From an uncultured Desulfatiglans sp. (GTDB lineage: Bacteria > Desulfobacterota > DSM-4660 > Desulfatiglandales > Desulfatiglandaceae), in assembly GCA_900498135.1 (NCBI GenBank), contig LR026961.1:836373-868372 (forward strand): DNA of 32,000 nucleotides, read 5' to 3'. The notes under the pieces are model-generated. The model saw only the letters and a program-made list of their open reading frames with translations. It was not told the origin of the DNA and ran no database searches. Both the position numbers and the translations under genes were made by a program. Below are positions 1 to 8,706 of this stretch, in pieces. The first letter of the stretch is position 1, and each line of letters begins with the position of its first letter.

Positions 1-106
1 GGCCGAGATCCTTTGAAATGGGATCTTCGGCCCGGCGTCGAAACGCGGCGACGAGACCTTTTCCGGATGGACACCATTCAACCCTGGAGGAAGGAGGAGG
101 GACACC

Positions 107-1372
107 ATGAAATTTGAGTTTGTAGAGGAAAAAGAGCGGTATCAGGCCAAAATCAAGGTCATCGGCATCGGGGGCGCGGGTGGAAACGCCATCAACAACA
201 TGATCGCCGCGAAATTGAAGGGCGTCGACCTCATTGCAGCCAATACGGACTGCCAGGACCTCGACCGTTCATCCTGCCCATACCGCATTCAACTGGGCCC
301 TGAGACGACCAAAGGACTTGGCGCCGGCGCCGATCCGGAAATCGGAGCCGCCTCTGCGGAGGAAAGCATCAACGAGGTCAGGGAGGCCGTCGAAGGCGCT
401 GACATGGTGTTCATCACCGCAGGGATGGGGGGCGGAACCGGGACGGGCGCTGCGCCGATTGTTGCCCGGGAGTGCAAGGACACCAAAGCCCTCACGGTCG
501 CTGTGGTCTCGAAGCCTTTTGAATTCGAAGGGCGCAAACGTATGGCACGGGCCCTTGACGGGCTTGAAAGACTCAAGGGCGAGGTCGACAGCCTGATCGT
601 GATCCCGAATGAACGACTGAAGGCCCTCGGTGGTAAGAACGCCAGCTTCAAGGATCTGATCGTCAGGGCCGACGATGTCCTGCTGCAGGCCGTCCGCGGC
701 ATCTCCGACCTCATTATGAGCACCGGTTTCATCAACCTCGACTTCGCCGATGTCAAGAAGGTCATGGAGCAGAACGGCACGGCCATCATGGGCATGGGCC
801 GGGCGACCGGTGAAAACCGCGCCATCGAGGCCGCACAGATGGCTATCAACAGCCCCCTCCTCGAAGACTTGTCCATCCGCGGCGCAAGAGGGCTACTGAT
901 GAACATCACTGGCTCCTACGACATGACGCTGGACGAAATAGAAGAAGCCTCCAAGTACATCAAGGGTGAAGCTAACGACGACGCCGATATCTTTTTCGGC
1001 GTGGTTTACGACGAGAACTGCGGCGAGGAGGTTCACGTGACCGTCATCGCGACCGGCATCGACAGCGCACCGGCGGAAGAAGAGGCCCTGCCCAAGAGCG
1101 GGCCAACCACCTCCGGCAAAAGGGAATATGCGAATGTCGTCAAGATTCGGGATATCAGCCCCGAAGAGGCCGGCGAAACCTGGACAGTGCGACTGAATGG
1201 AGAAAGACTGGACCTCGACACGCCGACCTTTCAGCGGATCGGCAAATCCCTGCCGGACGAATCGGAGGACACCGTCCAGGACAGACAGAAAAAGAAGAAA
1301 GGGCTTTTCGGTAAACTGGGCTTCAGGGAGAACCTGGAAATCCCGACCTTTATGCGCGTCAAAGCCGATTGA
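107..1372 (+). CDS. ftsZ: Cell division GTPase FtsZ
   Basis: 421-aa ORF. It has the N-terminal IKVIGIGGAGGNAINNMI nucleotide-binding loop, the tubulin/FtsZ signature GGGTGTGAAP, and the conserved C-terminal peptide LEIPTFMRVKAD. A GGAGGAGG Shine-Dalgarno lies just upstream of the ATG. Confidence 0.97.
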   Translation: MKFEFVEEKERYQAKIKVIGIGGAGGNAINNMIAAKLKGVDLIAANTDCQDLDRSSCPYRIQLGPETTKGLGAGADPEIGAASAEESINEVREAVEGADMVFITAGMGGGTGTGAAPIVARECKDTKALTVAVVSKPFEFEGRKRMARALDGLERLKGEVDSLIVIPNERLKALGGKNASFKDLIVRADDVLLQAVRGISDLIMSTGFINLDFADVKKVMEQNGTAIMGMGRATGENRAIEAAQMAINSPLLEDLSIRGARGLLMNITGSYDMTLDEIEEASKYIKGEANDDADIFFGVVYDENCGEEVHVTVIATGIDSAPAEEEALPKSGPTTSGKREYANVVKIRDISPEEAGETWTVRLNGERLDLDTPTFQRIGKSLPDESEDTVQDRQKKKKGLFGKLGFRENLEIPTFMRVKAD

Positions 1373-1417
1373 TCCGGACCAGGGCCGATCAGAGATGCTC
1401 CGGAGAAGGAGACCGCC

Positions 1418-3172
1418 ATGGCGGACCAGTTGATTTCCCTTTACCGCCAAAAACTCGCAGGGGAAAAGGGCTGGATCCGAAAGGAGTGGGGAGGACGCTG
1501 CGCCATCGCTCTGGCCTTCCCCAATGCCTACCGCCTTGGCATGTCCAACCTCGGATTTCAATCGGTCTACGGGCTGATGAACCTGAGACCGGATGTGTTG
1601 GCGGAACGGGTCTTCCTGCCGGAGGACCCGGAGATCAGGCTTTACCGTCAAACAGGCAGACCGCTTCTTTCGCTCGAATCGCAATCACCGGTCAGGGACT
1701 TTCAGCTCCTGGCCTTCTCCCTCCCGTTCGAAAATGACTACCCGAATATTCTGAAGATCCTCGATCTAGCCAAGGTGCCATTGGCCGCCGAGGACCGGCT
1801 CGACACCGACCCTTTCGTGATGGCGGGAGGCGTCACCACCTTTCTCAACCCGGAACCGTTGGCGCACTTCATCGATTTCTTCCTCCTCGGGGAGGCCGAG
1901 GAGACCCTCCAACCCTTCCTGGACCTGTTCGTGGATCTGCTGCGCAAAGGAACGCCCCGTGGCGAAATCCTCAGGCGGCTCGCCGCCCAGGTGCCGTCCC
2001 TGTACGTCCCTTCTCTTTATGACGTGGCCTACGCCGAAGATGGGCGCATCGCATCATTCAGCCCAAAGCACGAAGCCTTCCCGTCTAAGATAGCCGTCGG
2101 CAGGCCCAGGCGCCTGACACCGCCCCCTGCCAGGTCCCGGATCTCGACAGCGGAAACCGAGTTCGGCGGGCGCCCCCTCGTTGAACTGGGCCGGGGCTGC
2201 GGGCGCTCCTGCCGCTTCTGCGCCGCAGGTTATGTCTATCGCCCGCCCCGCTGGCACACGCTCGAGGACCTCCGCACCTGTATCGACGGATTGCTCACAG
2301 AGCATGGGGAGATCGGCCTTTTAGCCCCGTGCGTCAATGACCTGCCCGAGATCGAGGCCCTTACAGCGCTCATTTTGGAGCGAGGCGGCTCGTTTTCCGC
2401 TTCTTCGCTGCGCGCCGATGCATTGACCCCCGTTCTACTGGCGCATCTCAAGGCTGCCGGCCGGAAAACCGTGACCATCGCTCCCGAAGCGGGCTCAGAG
2501 CGGCTTCGCCGGGTGATCAACAAGCATCTCTCGCGGCAGGCAATCCTCGACGCAGCGCGCTCGATCGCCGAAACCTCCGATTTTGCCTTGCGGCTCTACT
2601 TCCTGATCGGCCTGCCGACCGAAACCCAGGAAGACCTCTCCGAAATGGTACGCCTGGTCAAGGCCATCAAGCACCAGATGATCAAGGCCTCCGCGCCGCG
2701 GGGCACCCTGCGTCCGATCCGGCTGAGCATCAACTGCTTCGTCCCCAAACCATTCACACCCTTTCAATGGTTCAACCTCCAAGAGGTCCGTGAACTGAAG
2801 AAAAAACAGGCATGGCTGAAAAAGGCATTTGCACGCGAGGGGGGCGTGAAGGCGACGTTCGACGTGCCCCGCTGGGCCTACATCCAGGCGCTGCTGGCCC
2901 TGGGGGACCGACGGGTATCGCGTATTCTCATGGATGTGCATCTTTCGGACGGCAACTGGAAAAAGGCTTTGAAAGAATCGGAAATCAACCCGGACTTCTT
3001 CGTGTCGCGGGAGAAGGCCCTCGATGAGATTCTGCCCTGGGACTTCATCGACCACGGCATCAGGAAGGAGCACTTGCTCCGTGAGTACCGCCTGGCACTG
3101 GTGGAGGAGGAATCCGACATTTGCGAGGTCGGGAAATGCCGCCGCTGCGGCGTTTGCAGGCCGCCCGAATGA
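1418..3172 (+). CDS. Radical SAM protein with N-terminal B12-binding-like domain (TIGR03960-like uncharacterised family)
   Basis: 584-aa ORF with the CxxxCxxC cluster motif GRGCGRSCRFCAAG. The N-terminus (FPNAYRLGMSNLGFQSVYGLMN ... FSLPFENDYPNILKILDLAKVPL ... FLLGEAEE) matches my memory of that family. A GGAGAAGGAG ribosome-binding site precedes the ATG. Confidence 0.85.
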   Translation: MADQLISLYRQKLAGEKGWIRKEWGGRCAIALAFPNAYRLGMSNLGFQSVYGLMNLRPDVLAERVFLPEDPEIRLYRQTGRPLLSLESQSPVRDFQLLAFSLPFENDYPNILKILDLAKVPLAAEDRLDTDPFVMAGGVTTFLNPEPLAHFIDFFLLGEAEETLQPFLDLFVDLLRKGTPRGEILRRLAAQVPSLYVPSLYDVAYAEDGRIASFSPKHEAFPSKIAVGRPRRLTPPPARSRISTAETEFGGRPLVELGRGCGRSCRFCAAGYVYRPPRWHTLEDLRTCIDGLLTEHGEIGLLAPCVNDLPEIEALTALILERGGSFSASSLRADALTPVLLAHLKAAGRKTVTIAPEAGSERLRRVINKHLSRQAILDAARSIAETSDFALRLYFLIGLPTETQEDLSEMVRLVKAIKHQMIKASAPRGTLRPIRLSINCFVPKPFTPFQWFNLQEVRELKKKQAWLKKAFAREGGVKATFDVPRWAYIQALLALGDRRVSRILMDVHLSDGNWKKALKESEINPDFFVSREKALDEILPWDFIDHGIRKEHLLREYRLALVEEESDICEVGKCRRCGVCRPPE

Positions 3173-3217
3173 TTCCTGCGCGGACTCGGCCGCTGGCCGG
3201 GCCGGCAGGCCCGCGGA

Positions 3218-3760
3218 TCACTCATTGTGTGAAACGGTCTCGGCGTTCTCGATGCCTGCCGGCCCCAACGTCAGACGGATCACCAGATCCGTCTCCTGCA
3301 AGGACCTGCGAAGCATCCAGCCTTTCTTGATCTCGACGAGGGGGATCTCGAACAGACGAACGGTAGCCGATTCACCCAGACCCGCATAACCGGCCACCAA
3401 GCCAACGAAGCGCGAGCCCTCAGCTCGATCCAGGACAAAGGTGTAGTCCTGTCCCGGCCGAATGCCGAGTTCCTTGACGCAAACACCCCCCGGCGGCATC
3501 AGGACGCACTTCTTTAGGGTTTCGAGGCCGTGAGGTTCATCGGCATACCGCTCGAACGCCCCGGTCTCATTCAGTTGATGCACGCAAAGGCTGAGGAGGG
3601 CCTCACTGTCCCACGAAGGCGGGATTTCTTTGGCGGTCTTTACGTGTATGACGAGGGCATTCTTTCCGAAGTCGTAGCCTGGCGGCAACGGTGGCTGCCC
3701 AGCGCATCCCGCGGCCAAGATGATCCAGGCTGTCACAAGTCCAAACAGCGTCTTTTTCAT
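3218..3760 (-). CDS. Putative lipoprotein (weak TssJ/SciN-like resemblance)
   Basis: 180-aa ORF with a signal peptide and lipobox (MKKTLFGLVTAWIILAAGC) and a GGGAGAAGG ribosome-binding site. The mature part (LSLCVHQLNETGAFE ... IRPGQDYTF ... FVGLVAGYAGL) loosely follows the pattern of type VI secretion lipoprotein TssJ. No other T6SS genes are nearby. Confidence 0.6.
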   Translation of the reverse strand: MKKTLFGLVTAWIILAAGCAGQPPLPPGYDFGKNALVIHVKTAKEIPPSWDSEALLSLCVHQLNETGAFERYADEPHGLETLKKCVLMPPGGVCVKELGIRPGQDYTFVLDRAEGSRFVGLVAGYAGLGESATVRLFEIPLVEIKKGWMLRRSLQETDLVIRLTLGPAGIENAETVSHNE

Positions 3761-4073
3761 GACCTTCTCCCGCCTTCAGACTGGGACCAAGATGAACACC
3801 GGAAGCAAATCGCTCACCAGGAAACAAGAGGCCCTTTAGTCGGTGAGATCATCAGGACATACCCTACGACGGCTTCAGCAACCCTTCCAGAGACAAAGCA
3901 ATCCCCCGGGCCTTACTGCGTGACGCAAGTTCTTGAAGGATCAGGGGTTCGGATTTGCAGCGGCAAAGAAACCATCATTTCATCAATGAAATTAGCACCC
4001 ATATCGGCACAAGTCAACCGACCGTCGTTGGATCGCACCTGACGCATGGGATTCGCCATACGCCCAAGCAACT

Positions 4074-4883
4074 CTAGAGAAGAAATTTTTCCGGATCAGC
4101 CGCTATCTTTTGAAGAGATTTGCCTATTTCCTGCATGTGCAAACCGTGCCCTATCCGATGGTCCACCGTCACGCTAAACAAAGCGACCTGTTTTTCTCTC
4201 ACATGACCGTTTTCCAGAAAAAGATGTGGAACCGGTGAGTGTGCATGTATTCTAACGGGCACATTGCCAATCACCGGCTTAATGAAAATGAAAGTGGAAG
4301 GATTTTTAAACGTGTGATTTAAAAAGAAAATATTTGAAACCAGCCCCTTTTCAAACCCCATCTCAAACAACTTCTTCTCACCGATCAATCGAGTAAATCC
4401 CAATCTGATCATCATCCCCATGATCTGCACATTCAATTTTTTGGGTGGCGTTGAGAATTCTTTTGCCTTTGAGATCATCGTACGTTTCAGCTCTCGTTGA
4501 ATCGTCTCCAATGACTTCAACTGGCAGTTCTCCATGATTAAAGGGGCTAGGACCTCATTACTCCCCGGCAGCAAAAATCCATTCGCAATATGAACGCCTT
4601 CCTTCTGGTAAACCTTGTTCCCGAAAACTATTTGATTGGCAATTGGATTTTCAGAAATAACAATCGACAACATTTTATTGTATATTGCATGAAGACTGAT
4701 AGATTTTCCTGACTTTTTAAATTCATCTATCAGTTTATTAAAAGGATCAACATCAATCGGGTACATAATCGTCGCATAAGGATCCGGTGAATTATACAAC
4801 ATATTCATCATTATCATCCGGAAAATGCCGATTTCTTCCGATCTCAATCTTCGCATCTGCAGCGTTTTTTTCATGATAATCAT
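4074..4883 (-). CDS. Stand-alone 2-oxoacid dehydrogenase E2-type acyltransferase catalytic-domain protein (CAT-like fold)
   Basis: 269-aa ORF. The C-terminus VTVDHRIGHGLHMQEIGKSLQKIAADPEKFLL matches the DHRxxDG active-site region and C-terminal end of the E2 catalytic domain (Asp replaced by His). There is no lipoyl or E3-binding domain. The likely true start is the in-frame ATG at 4874 (MKKTLQ), about 10 nt downstream of a GAGGAG. The gene is strongly AT-rich compared with its neighbours. Confidence 0.6.
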   Translation of the reverse strand: MIIMKKTLQMRRLRSEEIGIFRMIMMNMLYNSPDPYATIMYPIDVDPFNKLIDEFKKSGKSISLHAIYNKMLSIVISENPIANQIVFGNKVYQKEGVHIANGFLLPGSNEVLAPLIMENCQLKSLETIQRELKRTMISKAKEFSTPPKKLNVQIMGMMIRLGFTRLIGEKKLFEMGFEKGLVSNIFFLNHTFKNPSTFIFIKPVIGNVPVRIHAHSPVPHLFLENGHVREKQVALFSVTVDHRIGHGLHMQEIGKSLQKIAADPEKFLL

Positions 4884-4923
4884 ACTCCTCAGAAAATCAC
4901 CAATGGATATACCCCATTACTGT

Positions 4924-5146
4924 CCATCCGGAAACACAATCCCGGCAGAACCCGGTTTCCAATCCGGAAATGAAGATTTTTCGTCTCACGGTGTGCGTGC
5001 TCGGTCCCACCCCTGCTGTGCGGATCCCGTTTTAACCAATACCCATTAAATCAAGCGTTTACAAGGCAACGACCAGGTGATCGCCGCACAAGCAAACGTG
5101 CAGATTGCCGCCGAGATTGGCCAAAAAACCCTTTCCGGATGGAAAC
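4924..5146 (+). repeat. Modular intergenic repeat, locus A (plus orientation)
   Basis: Contains three parts. First, the 5' boxes ccatccggaaa and ggtttccaatccggaaatg. Second, a GC-rich module (gctcggtcccacccctgctgtgcgg). Third, the core aatcaagcgttt...gcaaacgtgcagattgccgccgagattggccaaaaaaccctttccggatggaaac. It aligns by eye with loci B, C and D. Confidence 0.8.
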
Positions 5147-5629
5147 TGCATTTTCGCCAGAAAATGAAGCTCATCCAGAGTATTGAGGAGCCAATTCGTG
5201 GATCCTATACAAACGACGCGCCCTCCGCTTGATTTAAAAGGACAGGAAATCCATAAGATACAGATAACCCCTCCTTTCCTACATCCCGTTCCTAAACGAT
5301 ACCACCAGGATAAGAATCCACAGAAAAACACATACGCCGCTTCGGCGCCGTTGAGGGCCGGAAAGGGAACCCCCATTCCCGCTTTTCCTTGGGAAATAGT
5401 CCAGTGACAGGAAAAAGGGTCTCTGAAATGGCCGCAATGCACCTTGATTTAAACCTTTCAAGGCATATTTTATTTATTAGATGTCGGAAACCTTCGCAGT
5501 TCGCCAGGAGACAAGGGCCGGCTCTATACAGAAAGAGACCCGGGCCAAAGCCTGTTTTCGGCAGAGAGGCGGCTCCTGCTCCAATCGATCATTGGTTTCC
5601 ACCTGCAAAAGATGGCCCATGACGACCAC

Positions 5630-5884
5630 GTTTGCAATCCGGAAATGGTCTTTTTGGCCAATCTCGGCGGCAATCTGCACGTTTGCTTGTGCGCGACCAC
5701 CAGGTCGCCTCCGCGCAAACGCTTGATTTCCTTGATATTGGCCAAACCGGGACCCGCCGCGAAGCGGTGGGACTGAGCGCCCGAAGGGTGTAAAGGAACC
5801 GGGACCCGCAGGGGTAGGACTGCACACGCGCAGCGTGTAAAGAAAAATCCTCATTTCCGCATTGGAAACAGAGTCCTACCGCGA
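5630..5884 (-). repeat. Modular intergenic repeat, locus B (inverted orientation)
   Basis: The reverse complement reads ...gtttccaatgcggaaatgaggatttttctttacacgct..., then two GC-rich modules (cagtcctacccctgcgggtcccggtt and ctcagtcccaccgcttcgcggcgggtcccggtttggcc), then the core aatcaagcgtttgcgcggaggcgacctggtggtcgcgcacaagcaaacgtgcagattgccgccgagattggccaaaaagaccatttccggattgcaaac. Confidence 0.8.
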
Positions 5885-5910
5885 AATCATACGAATTAGA
5901 AAGGGATCTC

Positions 5911-6486
5911 ATGTTGAAAAAGATGGCGGTCGGCGCCTATCAGGCAAACTGCTACATCCTCGGATGTAAGAAAACGTTTCAAGGCGCAGTGATCGATCCA
6001 GGGGACGAGGTTTTCAGGATTACAAAAGAAATTTCGCAGAGCGGCCTGCAAATTACTGCGATTCTTCTGACCCACGGACATTTCGACCACACCGGAGGGG
6101 CAAAGGAGCTCAAAGAGATCACCGGCGCCCCCGTCCTGATCCACCCCGCGGACGCACCTGCGCTCGAATTCCCTCCTGACGGCCCGCTCCGTGAAGGTCA
6201 ACAGATAGGGGTGGGCACGTTCACGCTTTCCGTAATCCATACCCCCGGTCATTCACCGGGCGGGGTGTGTTTTCTGGCCCCCGGCGCCGTTTTCACCGGC
6301 GACACCCTTTTTGCGGGCTCCATCGGCCGCACCGACTTCCCCGGCGGGGATTACGCCGGCTTGATCCGTGGCGTCACCGAAAAAATCTTCCCCTTAGGGG
6401 ATGATCTGCGGGTGTATCCGGGCCACGGCCCCCAAACCACCATCGCCCAGGAAAAACGTTCCAACCCCTTTTTCAGAAGCGCATGA
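5911..6486 (+). CDS. MBL-fold metallo-hydrolase (hydroxyacylglutathione hydrolase/GloB-like)
   Basis: 191-aa ORF with the THGHFDHTGG (HxHxDH) metal-binding motif, a later HTPGHSPG, and a typical N-terminus (GAYQANCYILG). Confidence 0.85.
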   Translation: MLKKMAVGAYQANCYILGCKKTFQGAVIDPGDEVFRITKEISQSGLQITAILLTHGHFDHTGGAKELKEITGAPVLIHPADAPALEFPPDGPLREGQQIGVGTFTLSVIHTPGHSPGGVCFLAPGAVFTGDTLFAGSIGRTDFPGGDYAGLIRGVTEKIFPLGDDLRVYPGHGPQTTIAQEKRSNPFFRSA

Positions 6487-6566
6487 CAAAGACCACCCAC
6501 AGGGGGGAAGAGCCGACGGTTTCAGCACAGGACGCATACAGACAGGCCATCTTCCCGCCCAACGGA

Positions 6567-7496
6567 TCAGAGCGGGCGGGACAGGCCGTCGAAAGCCACG
6601 GTCACACGGGACGGCAGTCCATAGTCCGCCGTAATCCGGTCCACCACCTGCTGCCACTCGGCCTGGCAACGCGGAACAGGATAGGGATCCCCTCCGTTCG
6701 GGGCCCGAAGAGGGTCTTTCGGGGCAACTTTCTTGGCCATGTCGTTGGCCGGGTCACCCGGGACAAAATCCCCGTCACCGATGTGCACCAGGAAGGTCTC
6801 CCGCCGCGGGTTCAGAAGCCGAATGTAATCCAACGCCCTTTGGAGACTCATGTGATGGGGGCGATTGCGGATGGGTTCATGCAGCCAGAAAGACTGCATC
6901 ACCAGATAGTCCGGCTGCAGCAGTTCGGACGGCACATCCGGGAGCGTCATGAAATCGGAGGGATAGACCACACGCAGGGGCGGGCCGCCGGATTCCGGCA
7001 CCTCGATCAGGTACCCGACTGAACCCGCCGCGAACGCCCCATGCTCCGTCTTGAAGGGGAAAATGGCACAATCCGCCGCCCTTTCCCAGCATCCCGGCAC
7101 CACGATCACCGGCCGTATGACCTCCAAATCCACCAGATAGCCGAAACGCCGCGATATGATCTTCCAGGCGGGGGCCGTCATATAAACGGGAATGGACCGG
7201 TACCCCCCCTTCGGCACCGTTCGCTTGTAAGAAAACAGTTCATCGAGGCCTAGATAATGATCGCCGTGCTCATGGGTGATCAGGACGGCATCCAGACCGC
7301 CGATCTCATGGCGGGAAAGCTGTTCGGAGATATCCGGACCGCAATCGATCAGGAGACGTCTTTCTCCCTTCAGGAGCAGAGCGGTCCTTCCTCGCGATTC
7401 CCCCCTTCGCCGCATCTCCCGGCAAATGAAACAATCGCAGTTCAGCTCCGGCACCCTCCAGGCGCCCCCTGTCCCCAGAAAGAGCAGTTCCGTCAC
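6567..7496 (-). CDS. MBL-fold metallo-hydrolase, PhnP-like phosphodiesterase family
   Basis: 309-aa ORF. N-terminal LFLGTGGAWRVPELNCDCFICR (Cys-rich Zn site as in PhnP-type enzymes) and the ITHEHGDHYLG HxHxDH motif. It is the last gene of the minus-strand typA-rhomboid-MBL string. Confidence 0.8.
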   Translation of the reverse strand: MTELLFLGTGGAWRVPELNCDCFICREMRRRGESRGRTALLLKGERRLLIDCGPDISEQLSRHEIGGLDAVLITHEHGDHYLGLDELFSYKRTVPKGGYRSIPVYMTAPAWKIISRRFGYLVDLEVIRPVIVVPGCWERAADCAIFPFKTEHGAFAAGSVGYLIEVPESGGPPLRVVYPSDFMTLPDVPSELLQPDYLVMQSFWLHEPIRNRPHHMSLQRALDYIRLLNPRRETFLVHIGDGDFVPGDPANDMAKKVAPKDPLRAPNGGDPYPVPRCQAEWQQVVDRITADYGLPSRVTVAFDGLSRPL

Positions 7497-7589
7497 AGCC
7501 CCCTCCTCCCCGAAAAGGTTCTCTCCGGCAAATTAACAGGCACCCTGATATCTCCAGTCGCGAAAGAGGATTTGTCCCCGGGAGCGAAA

Positions 7590-8558
7590 TCACGCGATCT
7601 GAACCTTCAGAAAAAGATCGCCGCGGCGTTCGTCGTCGATTCTTTTCCCGAGTCCGGCAAGACGCAGATAGGTGCCGGCCTGCACACCCGCGGGGATCGT
7701 CACCCTGAACGGACGTTTTTGATAACCCCACGGGATGTTGACGATCTTGTGGGCCCCTTCTTCGGCCTCTCTCCCGGTAATGGTGATGGTCCCATAGAGA
7801 TGCGGCTCCTCTCCCGAACCGACGGGATGAATGACCTGCAAACGATGGCTGGTCTGCTTCGCGGTCTTGCGGCGCACCTCCTCGCTGAACCCCGTCGCTG
7901 GCAGGCGCTGAAAAATTTTCAACAGAATCATCCCGAAGACAAAACCGCCGATGTGCGCCCACCAGGCGATCCCCCCGCCGTGGGCTGGCGTCCCGGCGGC
8001 GCTGACGAACTGGATCAAAAACCAGATCCCCAGAAAGAAAAATGCCGGTATTTCAATGAAATAGGGAATAAAAAAAATCGGGATCACCGTCAGGATACGG
8101 GAGCCCGGGAACAGCAGAAAGTAGGCCCCCATCACCCCTGCTATCGCCCCGCTTGCACCGACGGTGGGAATCTGGGAATGGAAGTTGATGAACAAATGAC
8201 TCAGGCCCGAAGAAAGCCCGCAGAGCAGATAGAACAACAGATAACGGAACGGCCCCAGGTTGTCCTCTACGTTGTCCCCAAAAATATAGAGGAACCACAT
8301 GTTGCCAAGCAGATGCCAGAAACCGCCGTGAAGGAACATGAAGGAGAGGAAGGGCAGGGCCTGTTCAACGAAGGTGAAGTGGGCACTCACCTCCGGAATA
8401 GAATAGCGCGCCGGTACGAGCCCGTAGAGGAAGATGAAACGGTCGAGCCAGGGCCCCTGCGCCATCTGGACCAGGTACACCAATACATTGGCTGCGATCA
8501 GCAGGCTGTTGACAACCGGATAGGTCCTGGAACGGATGTTGTCCCTGATCGGTATCAT
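7590..8558 (-). CDS. Rhomboid-family intramembrane serine protease with C-terminal DnaJ-C-like domain
   Basis: 322-aa ORF. Rhomboid motifs present are HGGFWHLLGNMWFLYIFG, the catalytic GASGAIAG and the catalytic His in AHIGGFVFG. The roughly 85-aa cytoplasmic tail (LYGTITITGREAEEGAHKIVNIPWGYQKRPFRVTIPAGVQAGTYLRLAGLGKRIDDERRGDLFLKVQI) follows the DnaJ C-terminal domain pattern. Confidence 0.85.
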   Translation of the reverse strand: MIPIRDNIRSRTYPVVNSLLIAANVLVYLVQMAQGPWLDRFIFLYGLVPARYSIPEVSAHFTFVEQALPFLSFMFLHGGFWHLLGNMWFLYIFGDNVEDNLGPFRYLLFYLLCGLSSGLSHLFINFHSQIPTVGASGAIAGVMGAYFLLFPGSRILTVIPIFFIPYFIEIPAFFFLGIWFLIQFVSAAGTPAHGGGIAWWAHIGGFVFGMILLKIFQRLPATGFSEEVRRKTAKQTSHRLQVIHPVGSGEEPHLYGTITITGREAEEGAHKIVNIPWGYQKRPFRVTIPAGVQAGTYLRLAGLGKRIDDERRGDLFLKVQIA

Positions 8559-8706
8559 GCACTGCCTCCGGTTCCCATTGGAGCCTTCTTCCGGACGCGG
8601 TCCAACCCCGCCCTTTCAGGCACAGAGGGGTGCCTTTCTCCATGGATGGGAAACGCGACCCTGGATCCGCTCGCAGGTCGCCCCCGGGAAACGTGGGCCT
8701 CCGGCC

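Noticed and set aside
1-32. A hairpin, ggccgagatcc...ggatcttcggcc, at the very start of the window upstream of ftsZ.
   Set aside because: It is truncated by the window edge, imperfect (one bulge) and without a T-tract. I cannot tell a terminator or attenuator from chance. The upstream gene (probably ftsA) is not visible.
3780-4070. A search for tRNA or other small RNA genes in the gaps flanking the AT-rich gene and elsewhere (T-loop GGTTCGAATCC-like strings).
   Set aside because: No cloverleaf-compatible sequence or canonical T-loop was found anywhere in the window. gggttcggatttgc at about 3943 does not fit.
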